From Lama guanicoe (taxonomy: Eukaryota): DNA of 64,000 nt. The notes under the pieces are model-generated. The model was given only the letters and a program-made list of their open reading frames with translations, was not told where the DNA came from and searched no databases. A program made the translations under genes and the position numbers. Positions 10,326 through 22,100 of the stretch are shown in pieces (position 1 is the stretch's first letter; the number at the start of each line of letters is the position of its first letter). The DNA lies in the NCBI GenBank assembly GCA_013239625.1, contig MU053629.1, positions 2,383,567 to 2,447,566 on the forward strand, given 5' to 3'.

Positions 10326-12753
10326 CAACAACTTGGCCGGCCGTGATGAAACTTCTCGGCCTCCCAGCTGGGTAGGCGGGGGAAGGGAAATGACAGGCTG
10401 CAATGGCTACAGCTGAGAGTTTAGCCTCCGCAGGAACTCGCCCACGAGCCTCCCCACTCCCCCTCCTGTGTCTCTGGGTGGGGCTTTCCAGAGGGTCCCA
10501 CCGGCAGGAGTGGGAAGGAGGAGCGGGCGGTGGCCTACAGAGGGAAGATGCATAAACGGAGAGAGAGCAGACAGGACCCTTTGGGCCCTGCAGGAAGCAC
10601 ACAGTCTGGACTCCAAGCCGTGGGCCCATCTATCCCCAAGCCCATCCCTCAGACTCAGACAGGGCCATCCGAGGGCCGGTGAGGAGGCAGGAGGAGGTTG
10701 TTGGGCAAGCCTTCTCTCTCTTCTGACCTCTATGGTCAAGTCATAAAGGGGTGGGGGCTGGGCAGCTTTCAGCAGGACCCTACCGTACTCCTCCCATAGC
10801 TGGTATCCTGCTGTCCCCAGGAAAACCACCAGTCTATGGTCCATCTGAGAAACTAATTGTGGAATCACAGGGTATCAGGACTATTGAGGATCTTTGAGAC
10901 AATCTAGCCCTTCCTGTTGGTTTTAGAGAAAAGGAAGTGATAGCTCAGAGGGAGGACCTGAACTTACCCATCTGTTTCGTTTAAAAATATATACGTGTGT
11001 ATATATATTTAAATATGTAAACATATATATATATTTGGAGGAGCTTTTCCTTCGTTTCTTATTTAAAGTTCCTTTTCAAGAAATTGCAACTTGAATAAAA
11101 GGACAAAAGGCCTTTTCCACACCCAGGTCTGTTTAGCTCTGGGGATTGGTGCTTCCCTGGACAGCATCTGGGGTTGACAGTGGGGTGACACCAGATCTTA
11201 AGGGAGACCAAATGTGACGAATAGAGAATCAACCTCTGACACTGCTGTCCACAGGCTGTGTGACATGAAGCAGCTGCTCAGCCTCTCTGGATCGCAGTCT
11301 CATCTCTTCTAGCAGGGTGATTTTGAGGATAAAATGAGACAATTTCTATTAAGCATCTACTTCAGGGCCTGGCACAGAGTAGGGGCTTTGTAAATGGGTA
11401 ACAATACCGTGTATTGGACACGTACCCTGTTCCAATGTTACATTTGTTGCTGTGGATTCCAAGTACAATAAAAAGAGACAGATGCCCAGACTCAGTGAAC
11501 ACAGTAGGCTCAGCCCCGAGTTGGAGGGCAAGTTCTGCAGCAGCACAAAGGAGAGATCAACAGCCTGCTTTTGCTGGTGGAATCAGGCACGGCCTCATGG
11601 AGGAGGGAACCTTTGCCCGGGCCCTGAAGGAGGAGTAAGAGTTTCCCAAACAGGAGTTGGGGAGGGCATTTGAGAGGAGAAACAGCATGTTACTGGAACT
11701 GGGGCAAATTCTGTGTAGTATCCTGCAGGAGAGGTGCTGGAGTGGAGGGGCTGGGAAATGAGGTGGCAGAAGGTAGGGAGCCGTGATGTTCACCCAGAAA
11801 GCTTGACTTTGTCCTAGAAACCAAAGGGAGTCATGAGAGGGTTTTAAAGAGGACAGGGGCAGGCTGTGGGGTGGAGACTGGAGGCAGGGAGACCAGTTAG
11901 GAGGTGGTTGCAGTGGTCCAGGTGTGGAGCGCTGAGGGGCTGAGCAGGGACCTGACATTGGAAGTGGAGTGGAGGAATAGATGCTTTTTAGGAGGCAAAT
12001 GGGGGATTTGGGATCTTGTGGATATGAGAGAGATGGAGTAGGGGAGGGGGAATCAGAGATGCCTCACGGGGGGCTGGCGGTGTGGAGGTGCGCTTTCCTG
12101 GGATGGGGAGCACCGAGGGAGAGGCAGGTTGGAGAGAGTACGGCAACTTTGTGCAGTAGTCTGGTGAACTACCGAAACTGGGCTGGGGCAGATCGGAAGG
12201 TCATGGTGAGTGAAGCCACAAGTATGGCAGATTTGATCTCATATGTTGCTTAGAATTAGATTTGACCGTGACCGACAAGAGGCCACAAGAGCTCTCCCAA
12301 CAGGGAGAGCTCGTCAGAGGCTCAGATCGGCTCTGGGGGTGATGGCCAATGTAGCAGCCGTACAAGCTCCTGTCTCTCACGAGAGGTAAGCCCCGCGGCA
12401 GAGTCCATGTCCACCACAGCGGCTCCACGGTCATCCAGGACGCAGCCTCTTTCTCACTTACCATCTGTTCTGCCGTCTTAGCACTTGACACCCACTTCAT
12501 GAGCCATGAGCAACTCAGCTCCGGTCATCACACTTTTATTCTAGCCAGTAGGAATGGAGAAGGGGTCATAAGGGCACACACCTTCCCCTTAAAGATGCTT
12601 CCTGGAAGCTGAACCTTTGCCTACCTCTCCCTGGCCACATGGCCACACTTAGCTGCAAGGGTGGTCTTGTTCCTTGGTCTCTGATCCTGGTAACCATGTG
12701 CCGGCTGAAAATCAGAAGTCTTATCACCAAAGAAGGGAAGAATGAACCTACGA

Positions 12754-12953
12754 CAGTGGTTCTCATCTGGGGACCGTGTTGCTCTCCAGGGGACATTTAG
12801 CAGAGTCTGGAGACATTCTTGTTTGTTACAACTTGGGGGGGATACTACTGTATCCAGTGGGTGGGGGCCAGGGATGCTGCTAAACAGTGCACAGGGCAGC
12901 CCCCCACAACATCTGGCCCAGAATGTCAGTGGTGCTGAGGTTGACAAACCCTG
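12754..12953. mobile_element. MER20 (hAT-Charlie MITE)
   Basis: Termini cagtggttctc...ttgacaaaccctg and internal gtctggagacatt/gggatgctgctaaaca motifs; flanks acctacga/acctagac resemble a decayed 8-bp TSD. Confidence 0.8.
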
Positions 12954-15289
12954 ACCTAGACGGACAATCTATAGTCCCGTTGCCTCAACTAGGAAACTGC
13001 AGAGTCAGTAGACAAGTCACTCGTGGGCCAGCAAGACACTTGTCCCCAGCAGGCCACACGTCAGGGAGGTTCAGGAGCACAGACCTAGGCTCAGGGGTTT
13101 TGTCAGACTTACCCTAACTTGGAGGGGCTTCTGCCCTCTTACAAAAGTCAAGAGGCTTTGTTTTTTGTTCGTTTGTTTGTTTGTGTCTCTTTGTTTAAGT
13201 CATTTCTCGGTGTTGGGCTCAGAAGCACAGATTCCCAGGCTGGCCTCTCAGGGAAGGGGCTTGTTTAAGCTACAGCCATTTCTTTGCCCACCAGCCCCCA
13301 CCCCCACCCCTCACTGCTGGTGAGGGAGAAAGCCCTGTCGCCAGGGCTCAGCCCCTCACTTACAGTGCGACCCAGTCCGGACCCTCCTCCCACCCTCCTG
13401 GCCACAAGTTAGGACTGGGTGGCCCAGGTGAGGCCCTTGTGGTCCTGAATCTGCAGAGACGCCAGGGTGGCTTTGCCGGCTCTGCCCACAGCCCTGGGCT
13501 GGGCCTTTCTTGTTTCCTCCCTACAGGGCAGCCTTCCAGCCAAGTCAGCGTTTCTGGGCCCCTCCCACCTTCATTTCCTTCCCGGCTTGTGGCCTTGGGT
13601 CTGAAGGGAAGCAGGTCTGCCCCAGCTGCAGCCAGGGCCAGGCCTTGCTGGGCTTAGGCCTGCTGGTCCCCAGGGTCCCCAGGACGTGACGTGGCTACGA
13701 GTGTGCCTGTGGTGGGTGCGGACTGTGTGAACAGCTCTGCCTCTGGCTGGAGGGCCGGAGACAGAAATAGCCCCCAGGCCATTCTGAACTGTCTGGGGTC
13801 CCCACGCCAAACAGCCCCCTACTCTTCTCAGCTTGTGAAAAGTGCTCCTGAAGGAAACTGGTCTTAGAATCGCCCATTGGGCCCGGGCCAGGGTCAGTCT
13901 CTGCAGTGCATCTGGGAGGTAGGGTCTCTGAGTTCAGGAAAGGTTAATTCCTACCTTCTAACCTATTTCTGAAGGCCCAGAGGGACCCTGGAGGTTTTCA
14001 GCATTTTCAGATCTCCAGTTCTCCAACAGGACTAGGTGATGCATTGAACTGGTGGCACTGACCTTTGGGCCCTCTGACCTCTGACAGTTACCTAACCTCT
14101 CTGATCCTTAGTTTCTTCATCTGTTAAGTGAGAATAATGCCCACCTGAGGATTATGAGCATTAAATAAGATCCTGCATGTGACCTGTCTGGCCCCATGAG
14201 AAGCACTGTTCTTTTTTTTTTTTTCCAAGTTTTTTTTTTCCACTTTTTAAAAATTGAAGTAGTCAGTTACAGCGTGTTGATCTCCGGTGTACAGCACAAT
14301 CTCCCAGTCGTGCATATGTCATTGTATTAGCATATTGTTTCTCAGGAGAGCCTTTTCTTCTCTTCATCAGAGAAAGTCCACGGCGGGAGGGACCTCGGTA
14401 ACCTGCACTTTACCGGTAGAGAGAGCCGGGAGGGGGCTTGCCCAAGGTCACACAGGGAGCCTGGAGCAGGGCATCACCCAGCCCGGATTCGTCTCCCGCC
14501 CTCCCCCAGCGCTCTCCACCCCAACTCAGGAAACCAGCCCAAGCCTTTGCTTTGCACCGAAAGGCTGTTTTCCTTCTGTCCAGCTCAGTGCTGATGCCTG
14601 GAACCAGGAAGCAGGGTGATGTCCTGTCTGATGTTCTCCTGCGGGGGGTGGGGGTCGGGGCGGCAACCTCGCAGGGCTGGGCTTCCTGAAATACAGCTGT
14701 GGCAGCAGCTGCTGGAGTTGGCGTAGCGTTTAGCATTCGTTTTAAGAAACCAAATATTTTTGAGAATGGGGTAAAAAGGGAGAAGAGATAAGGCAGGTAT
14801 AAGGAAACTAACTTTTCTAGCAGAAAATCACCAGAGTCATTTTAAACATGATAAACTGAGAAATCGAGGCATCAAGCAGGTTATTTGCAATCAGGGAGAG
14901 AATTCACAAGAGCCGAAGATCACTACTAAGTCACTGCCAAAGTGATTACCTCTGGGCAGTGGTTTTTGAGGTGGGAAAATTTAACTTCATTTGATGCTTT
15001 TCAGCACTATTTAAATCATTACTGTTTGCCATATACATATGTTACATCTTTAATAAAATAATTAATGGCGAGCTCAGATGCAGGCAGAGGCTGCTTGGGC
15101 AAAGTTGCAGCGTGGCTCCTTTAATCTCTAGCCTCCTTGGATGTGACCCCCCTCAGGAAGTTCTTGGTCAGGCGTGGAGGGAATTCTCTGTCAGTCAGAC
15201 TTAAGCCGGGCCCTCCCTTCCTGTCCCCTCAAGATCTGTTAAGATATTGGCTCCAGGAAAAATAAGAAGGTTGGCTCTAGGACTGCTCC

Positions 15290-15920
15290 ACAAATGGAGG
15301 TAGAAAATTTAATCATCCCCATGGAAAAGATAAAAACCCCACCTCTCACCGTACACAAAAAATCAACTCTAGATGGATCAAGAACTTAAAAGTTAAACAC
15401 CAGAGGCTTTAGGAAAAAAAATGGTGAATATCGTTCGAATATCCTTCTTCATTAAAATTAAGAAACTCTGCTCATCAAAAGACACTTTGAATAAAGTGAA
15501 AGACAAACTGGGGGAAGATAATTATTTTATATAACCAACAAAGGATTAGTGTTAAGAATATATAGAAAAAAGAGAGAATGCCTATAAATCAATTAACAAA
15601 AAGCTAAAAATATAATAGAAAAATAAAGAAAAGATATAAATAGGCTTTTCACTGAAGGGAGAATATGTACTAATATGAAACTAATAAACATGAAGAGATT
15701 CTCAACCTCATTAGCATTCAGGGTGATGCAAATACACACCACGGGGAGAACCATTTTACATCCGTTTGGTTGGATAAAGTTTGGCGATACAAAGCTGGAA
15801 GCGGATATGGACTGTGAGATCTCTTAAACACAGCTCTTGAGAATATAAATCGGCACAACCACTTTAGAAAACAATTTGACATTTTCTTGTCGAGCTGAAC
15901 ACACATCTCCCAGGAGTAGG
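15290..15920 (+). mobile_element. Old LINE-1 ORF2 3' region fragment
   Basis: A-rich, aaaatcaactctagatggatcaagaacttaaa...catgaagagattctcaacctcattag...caaccactttagaaaacaatttg; no intact ORF. Confidence 0.7.
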
Positions 15921-15936
15921 CTGAATTCTTATTCCC

Positions 15937-16034
15937 CCACAAAGACATGAAAACGAATATATGTATGTATATGCATGACTGGGCTATTGTGCTGTACACT
16001 GTACATTGTAACTGACTGTACTTCAATTAAAAAA
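15937..16034 (+). mobile_element. Short young LINE-1 3' tail with perfect 13-bp TSD
   Basis: tgcatgactgggctattgtgctgtacac...gactgtacttcaattaaaaaa; TSD aattcttattccc at 15924-15936 and 16035-16047. A related minus-strand copy lies at ~14211-14330. Confidence 0.8.
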
Positions 16035-18296
16035 AATTCTTATTCCCATTTTACAAACGAGGAAACTGAGGCATTGAGTGGTTAAGTGACTTGTAAGTAG
16101 CAGAGTTGGGATTTGAACCCGACTGTCTAGCCCTAAAGGGAAGAGGACACTGATGGAGCCCCCCAGACGCTGGGGAGACCGCCGCTGGGGCTGAGGCTTT
16201 CTGTGATCCCGGAGGAGAAAGCTAAATGGAATATCTGAAAACAATACAAATGTAGCCATGTGATCATAGCCTTACGGGGAGGAAGGGGCCTGCCTGGGCT
16301 TTGGGCCCTGACGCAGCATGAGCTCCGGAGTAATAATTACGGCAGCTCGGGAATGCGCTCCACGTTGTGAATATACAACAAGGAAGCACCGCGCTCTCTT
16401 GCAGGAATCAGCCCAATGAGGAGACAGACCAGCACACGGGAGGCCTAGGCAAGTGCTGTGCTGGGTGACGGCATCGGGGCTGGCACCCTCGGGGGCGGGG
16501 GGCGTGGGCACTTCCCCCTGCAGCTCAACTGCTGGCATTTCTGAGTCTCATGAAGTGAACACATGACTCCTCAGAAGACCCTGCTGAGTTGGGGGTTGTT
16601 ACAGGCCTTTTACAGACAGCAGGTGCAGGCCCAGAGATGGCCGACGACCTGCCCACGGGCACACAGTTTGGGTGTGGCAAAGCAGGGTCCGGAATCCAAG
16701 CTTTCTACTGCTAAACCCTGCGCGATTCCTAGCAAGTCACCCTCCAGGCCCCCAAGCTGACAAATGATTTGAATATGTCCCCGCTGTGAGCCTCAGGCTC
16801 GGGTCCTGGCAGGGAGCACCTCTCTGGTTTCTCTCCTCAGAAACAAAAGTTTCCCTCCGTCTCCCTCTTGGCTCCACAATGGTTGAGGCAAACTGGGTGA
16901 ATCACATCTAAGGCAGAAGCAAGTCTGCGCTGCCCCCGTCTACTTGGTCAGTTTTCTGTGTGGGGTTTAGCTGGGTCATTTCTCTAGAGTTTTCAATCTC
17001 CCACTCAGATTCAGAACCAGACTCTGCCCATGAGGACATGTCCTGTTTGGGGTATGATTTAGGGGAGGAGGTGGGACAATGTGGCAGGGCCCTCTAGTTA
17101 CCAGGATCTTCACCTCTCCTGAAGCACCACGATCGTCATTTCTCCAGAAGGACCCCGAGAATTGAAACCCATCAGACAACTTGTCAGCCATGATGAGTCC
17201 TGTATTATAGGTATGAAAATGCTTTCCAGTTATGAAGTAATTTCACATCTAAAAATGTTTTTGATCCTCACAACAGCTACGAAAGGCAGGCCAGCAATGT
17301 AAACACACGGTGTGGGGGATGAGGACTTTGAACAAAGCCCAGAGAAGCAGAGGGCTTTATAGCCAGTAAGAGCCTTTAGTTGAAGGCTACGTACCTCAGA
17401 CAACTGGGAGTTGCCTTCGAGCAGCGGTTGATGGGACACAGAACAGGTGGGTTTTGATAGGAAAGCAGAAGGGACGAGGGGAGAGTTGGAGCAGAGGGAT
17501 TGGGTGGCAGACCTTGCTAGAGGGAAGGACACGATCCCCAGGACACTGACACTTCGGGCGGGGGAAGGGTGGCCTGGCTGTGGGGAGGAGGCCACAGAGG
17601 AGGAGTAAGACGGGAGCCCTGGGGAGTCAGAGCCTGTGGGCCTGGAGTCAGCCTCTGCTCCCTGGGCTCTGAGGGCCTCTCAGCTTGGCCGCCACTGTCT
17701 GCTGCCTGATTCCCAGCCAAGTGTCTCGTGAGCCTGTCAGCCCTGACCTAGTCACTCTGGCTCGTGACTGTGTTCCTCATGTGACCACACATGAATCAAA
17801 AGGCGAAGCAGGCAGGCACCTAAGGGCTTCTGGGACTGCCGGGGTGCAGGCAGCTCGGGGCCCTGGGTGAGGGAGGTCTCAGAGTGCCTTGGAGGCTGGG
17901 ACTCCCCAGGGCTGGTTATGAAGCCACCCTCCTCCCAGGGTTGAGGGCCAGTCCAAACTCTCCCAGACCTAACACAATTCTTCTGCCAAGTGGCACTAGG
18001 GTGAGCAGGGGCACAGAGGCCACTCTGGTGGAGGAAGGCCTGGCTCGGTGCCGAGCAGTCTGCGGGCATCTGGGGCACAGCGCCTTGATGCAGCCCTGGG
18101 AGCTCCACTTGGCCGGTGAGCAAACAGAGGTGCCGTTTTCCCTAGAAGAACGACTGAAGTATTTCAGCAGGCACTCCAGGCCCAGAGACTCTCATTTACC
18201 TGCCAGGCACTTTATCTATTTGTAAATTTAATCAGATTTTAAAACTTCACTTGATACAATTGTACATCGTACTGTAAAATAAAAGATAGAACTAGA

Positions 18297-19124
18297 CAAG
18301 GGGTTCTTTAAAAATTTTTTTTAAATTTAATTTAATTTTTTATTTTTATTGAAGTATAGATTTACAATGTTGTGTTAGTTTCAGGTGTACAGCAAAGTAA
18401 TTCAAGTATATATATACATATATTCTTTTTCAGATTCTTTTCCATTATAGGTTATTACAAGATGTTGAATACGGTTCCCTGTGCTATACAGCAGGAACTT
18501 GTTCACCTATTCCTTTTATATAGTAGTGTGTATATATTAATCCCAGATTCCTAATTTATCCCTCCCCTACCCCTTCCCCCTTTGGTAACCACAGTTTGTT
18601 TTCTGTCGGCCCAGGGATTCTTAATCTGGGATCTGTAGGGATCTAAGGATAGAATTCAAGGAGCCTAAAAACTTGGAAAAGAAAAAAAATCCACATCTTT
18701 ATTTTCATTGACCTCTACCTGAATTTTTTTTTTAAATCTTTAATGATGTGGCAACAAACCACAGCAGTATCAGCAGGACCCGTGACGGTGTCCCTGACAC
18801 AATTACAGATATTTTCAAACCACATTACAGTTTTTTTTTGATATTTCAAAATATGGCTTACTTACTTTCAAAACTGCAGTTATTATTAGACCTATTGCTA
18901 GATCTTGATATTTCACGCATTAATTAGGAAGCACCATCTGTGACTACATCAGAAAGTTTTAAAAACATGTTTGATAACTACACTTTAATATAGTTGGTCT
19001 CTTTTGTAGACCTATGTTATTTATTTTATGCATTTAAGAACGTTATTCTGAGACGGGGTCCATAGGCTTCACCAGATGGCAAAGGAGCCCATAACACAGA
19101 CTCACACGAGGTTATGAGCCCCTG
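18297..19124. mobile_element. hAT-Charlie (Charlie4-like) DNA transposon with an L1 3' end (~18310-18610, minus) inserted at its left terminus
   Basis: End motif ggggtccataggcttcaccaga...ggttatgagcccctg. Left TIR-like sequence appears twice (18297 and 18612) around the L1 piece. Confidence 0.65.
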
Positions 19125-22100
19125 TTCTAGGCTTGCCCTGCAGTATTTTAGGAGATATCCATATTGAAAAAATAGATCCTGATTTTTTAAAAAAAAGACT
19201 ATTTTACAGTTAAATCCAGAAGTTGAATGCTGATCTGATTATTTTATTTAATTGAGTGAAATTCAGCTCCCCACCATCACTGGACGGTGAGCGACCCACA
19301 GATCTCCAGGTGAGCACTTCTAACAGCCTATTAGCAGAGAAATCTTCCCCCTAAACAGGCATTGCGTGGTTTAAGGTAACTGAAAAACAACCCGGAGTCC
19401 TCTGCACATTTTTCTTCATATACATACATACTTGCCATAATTAGGCAATGTCCTAAGAGGAATGGTTAAGAATGAGGTCTTGTGGCTAGAAAAGAGGGTG
19501 GTGGTGGCAGGCTGTCGCAGAAAAGACACAGGACAACTGTCTGTGTCCTTTCTGCAGGGCAGAAAGGCAGGGCAGCCCAGCGCTTCCCTTCCTGCAGGCA
19601 GCCCTGGAAACCCACTTTGGATGGCCAGAATCAGGCTGGCCGGCCATGGTCCAGATAATCTCTGTTCTTTCCTTGCAGCCCACTTCTCTCCCTCATCACT
19701 CTGTCTCTCCGGGGGCCTGCTTCCTCACACTGGTCCCCTTCCTCTTAACAAAATGTACTCTGGGAGAAAGGGCCTAAGAGACAAGGGCTGTGGGGTGGAT
19801 GGAGTGGCCCACTCAACAGAGGGGCTGTTTGTAGTGCCGGCCACAGCACTGTCATCACACTTCCCCAAGTCTTGGGTTTGTTCCTTAGCTGTAAAATGGT
19901 CAAAATGACATCTACTCCTGTTGGCATGGACTAAATAATATGGGAAGTGAGATAACATTGATGGTGCAAGATCACAGTGGTTATGAACTCACTCACACTA
20001 AGGTATAGGTGGCTGTTAAAGCTTCAAGGATGGCTGTAACCAGTGGGCTCTGTATTGAAACTGGGGATGGAGTTAGGCTGAAGGACCGACCTTCTTCTCC
20101 AATGGTGAGCGCTCCCTTCTGGGGGATGGAGAAATGGCACAGATTCGAATCTGACTGAAGCCTGGCTCTTCCTTGACCTATGTCTGACCTTGGGCAAGAC
20201 AGTTTCACTTTTCTGACACTCAGTTTATCAGCTGCTCAGTAGAGATAATAACAGGATCAACCACAGTGTTGTGGAAATTCAACAAAGTCCTATGTGAGGA
20301 GCACTCAGCCCAGAGCTTTGGGGAGAAACGCCCGAACAATGTTTATTGATGAATACGATCTTGATCGTTCAGGATTCAAATCCTGGGTGGGTGACTAGGC
20401 TGTGAGTCATTAAGACAGGCTGGGCAGACCCAAGGGTTAAGGCGGTGAGGAGGCTGAAGGAAGAGGGAGGCCCTCCCCACCCCCACTACAGGGCTCCCTG
20501 CTGACAGGGAAGATGCTGCCCAGACGTTCCTCCCCAGCCAGGCCTTGGAGTGACTGCACTCGACCTCCCTGATGGCCGGCCCCTGTGGGGCTGACCCCAG
20601 ACTGCAGGGTCAGCAGTCCGGGCCCTCGCTGGGCTCCGCGTCCTCCCTCGGTCCCCTGGGTCCAGGAGGCCAGCGAGCCGCCAGGCCTGATGCTCGGCTG
20701 CTTGAACTGGCCTCTGGGCCAGGCCTGGAGGCCCGTGAGGGAGGGCCGGGAGTGGAGCTACCTCCTCAGGGAGGCCCAGGGTCTCCCTCCTGCCTGGATG
20801 GCGCCTCAGGAAATGAGCAAGGCTGAAACTGGTAGGGACAGAGGAGAATGGGAACTGGGACCCAAAATGAGGAGCTAAAACCGAGAGAGGAAGGGGCGCC
20901 CACACACGGCAGGCCGAGTGGAGAGCTCAGCTCTCCGCAGAGCTGACTTCTGGTGCCCAGCGCTGCCTCTCACACCTCTGAGCCTCCCCGGCTGCCCCTC
21001 CTCCTGCCCACCTCCCTCCCTGGGAGGCCAGCAGCCCAGCTGCTCTCTTCTGTGTCACCTCTCCCCTGGCAGCCTCTACCCAGGACCAACTGCCTCCTGC
21101 ACACACATGTGGGAGCCTGAGCTGCATGGCCAGGACTGGACAGATGGACGGGGTTGGAGGGGGCAGTGCACACTCAGGAGTCACCCAGATGTTTGCCAGC
21201 AGAGGCCTCTAGTCACTGCCTCTGACCAAGAGGCTTCTAAGGTTGTTTCTAAAGCTTCAGTCATTCGTGCATCACTTTCCAGAGTTTTGCTACCTAAACA
21301 ATTGTCCATTGAATATTTTTCAACTCCTTTCAAAACTTAGCCTAGTCCCAAGCAACCATGTCTGTGAAATAATGAGTTTAATGGCTGATTTATTTTTTTC
21401 TCACTTACATTTGGATCAATATATTGCTCAAAAAACAAAGCCAAAAACAATTCTCCCAGGTATCATCTAAACTCACCTTATAGATTATGTTTTTAAATTC
21501 ACCTTGTGGTCTGTTTTGGGAAAATATTTAGTGGGAAGACAAGATTTGGGGATCATACCACATAGGTCCTAGCTGTGTGAGCTTGGGGAAGTCACTTAAC
21601 CTCTCTGGGCTTCAGTGTCCTTATCTGTAAAATGGGCATGGGTGTGAGTACTGAGCATGGAGCCCAGTCATGGTATCTTTCCTTCTTCTCCTGGAATCCT
21701 GCTACCTTCTCTGCAAGATAACTCAGGCTGGAAGCCAGGTCTCTCCAGCCCTCTTTCTAACCATGGGGAGCTACAACATTCCAGGGTATCCTATACTCTA
21801 AAGGCATGCCTGGGAGGAGGTGAGTGTCCTTTTGGCACCTGTCCTGGGGAATCTCACAGGAAGTGCTTCCTGGTATCCATTCCAGGTCCCCTTACTGCAA
21901 TGTCAGCTCCTCTCCTTGTGTTCCACCCTCAGTGGAAATGAGAATTAGTTTGGGACCCTCTTTCATGGAGGGGCAGCCTGATGACATGGAAAGGCTTGTG
22001 GGAAGCTGGGTGCAATCCTGGCACCACCACTGTCTCACCACGTGCCTTGAGCAAGTCACTGGCTCTCTCTGCGCATTTATTTCCTCATCTGTAAAATGCG

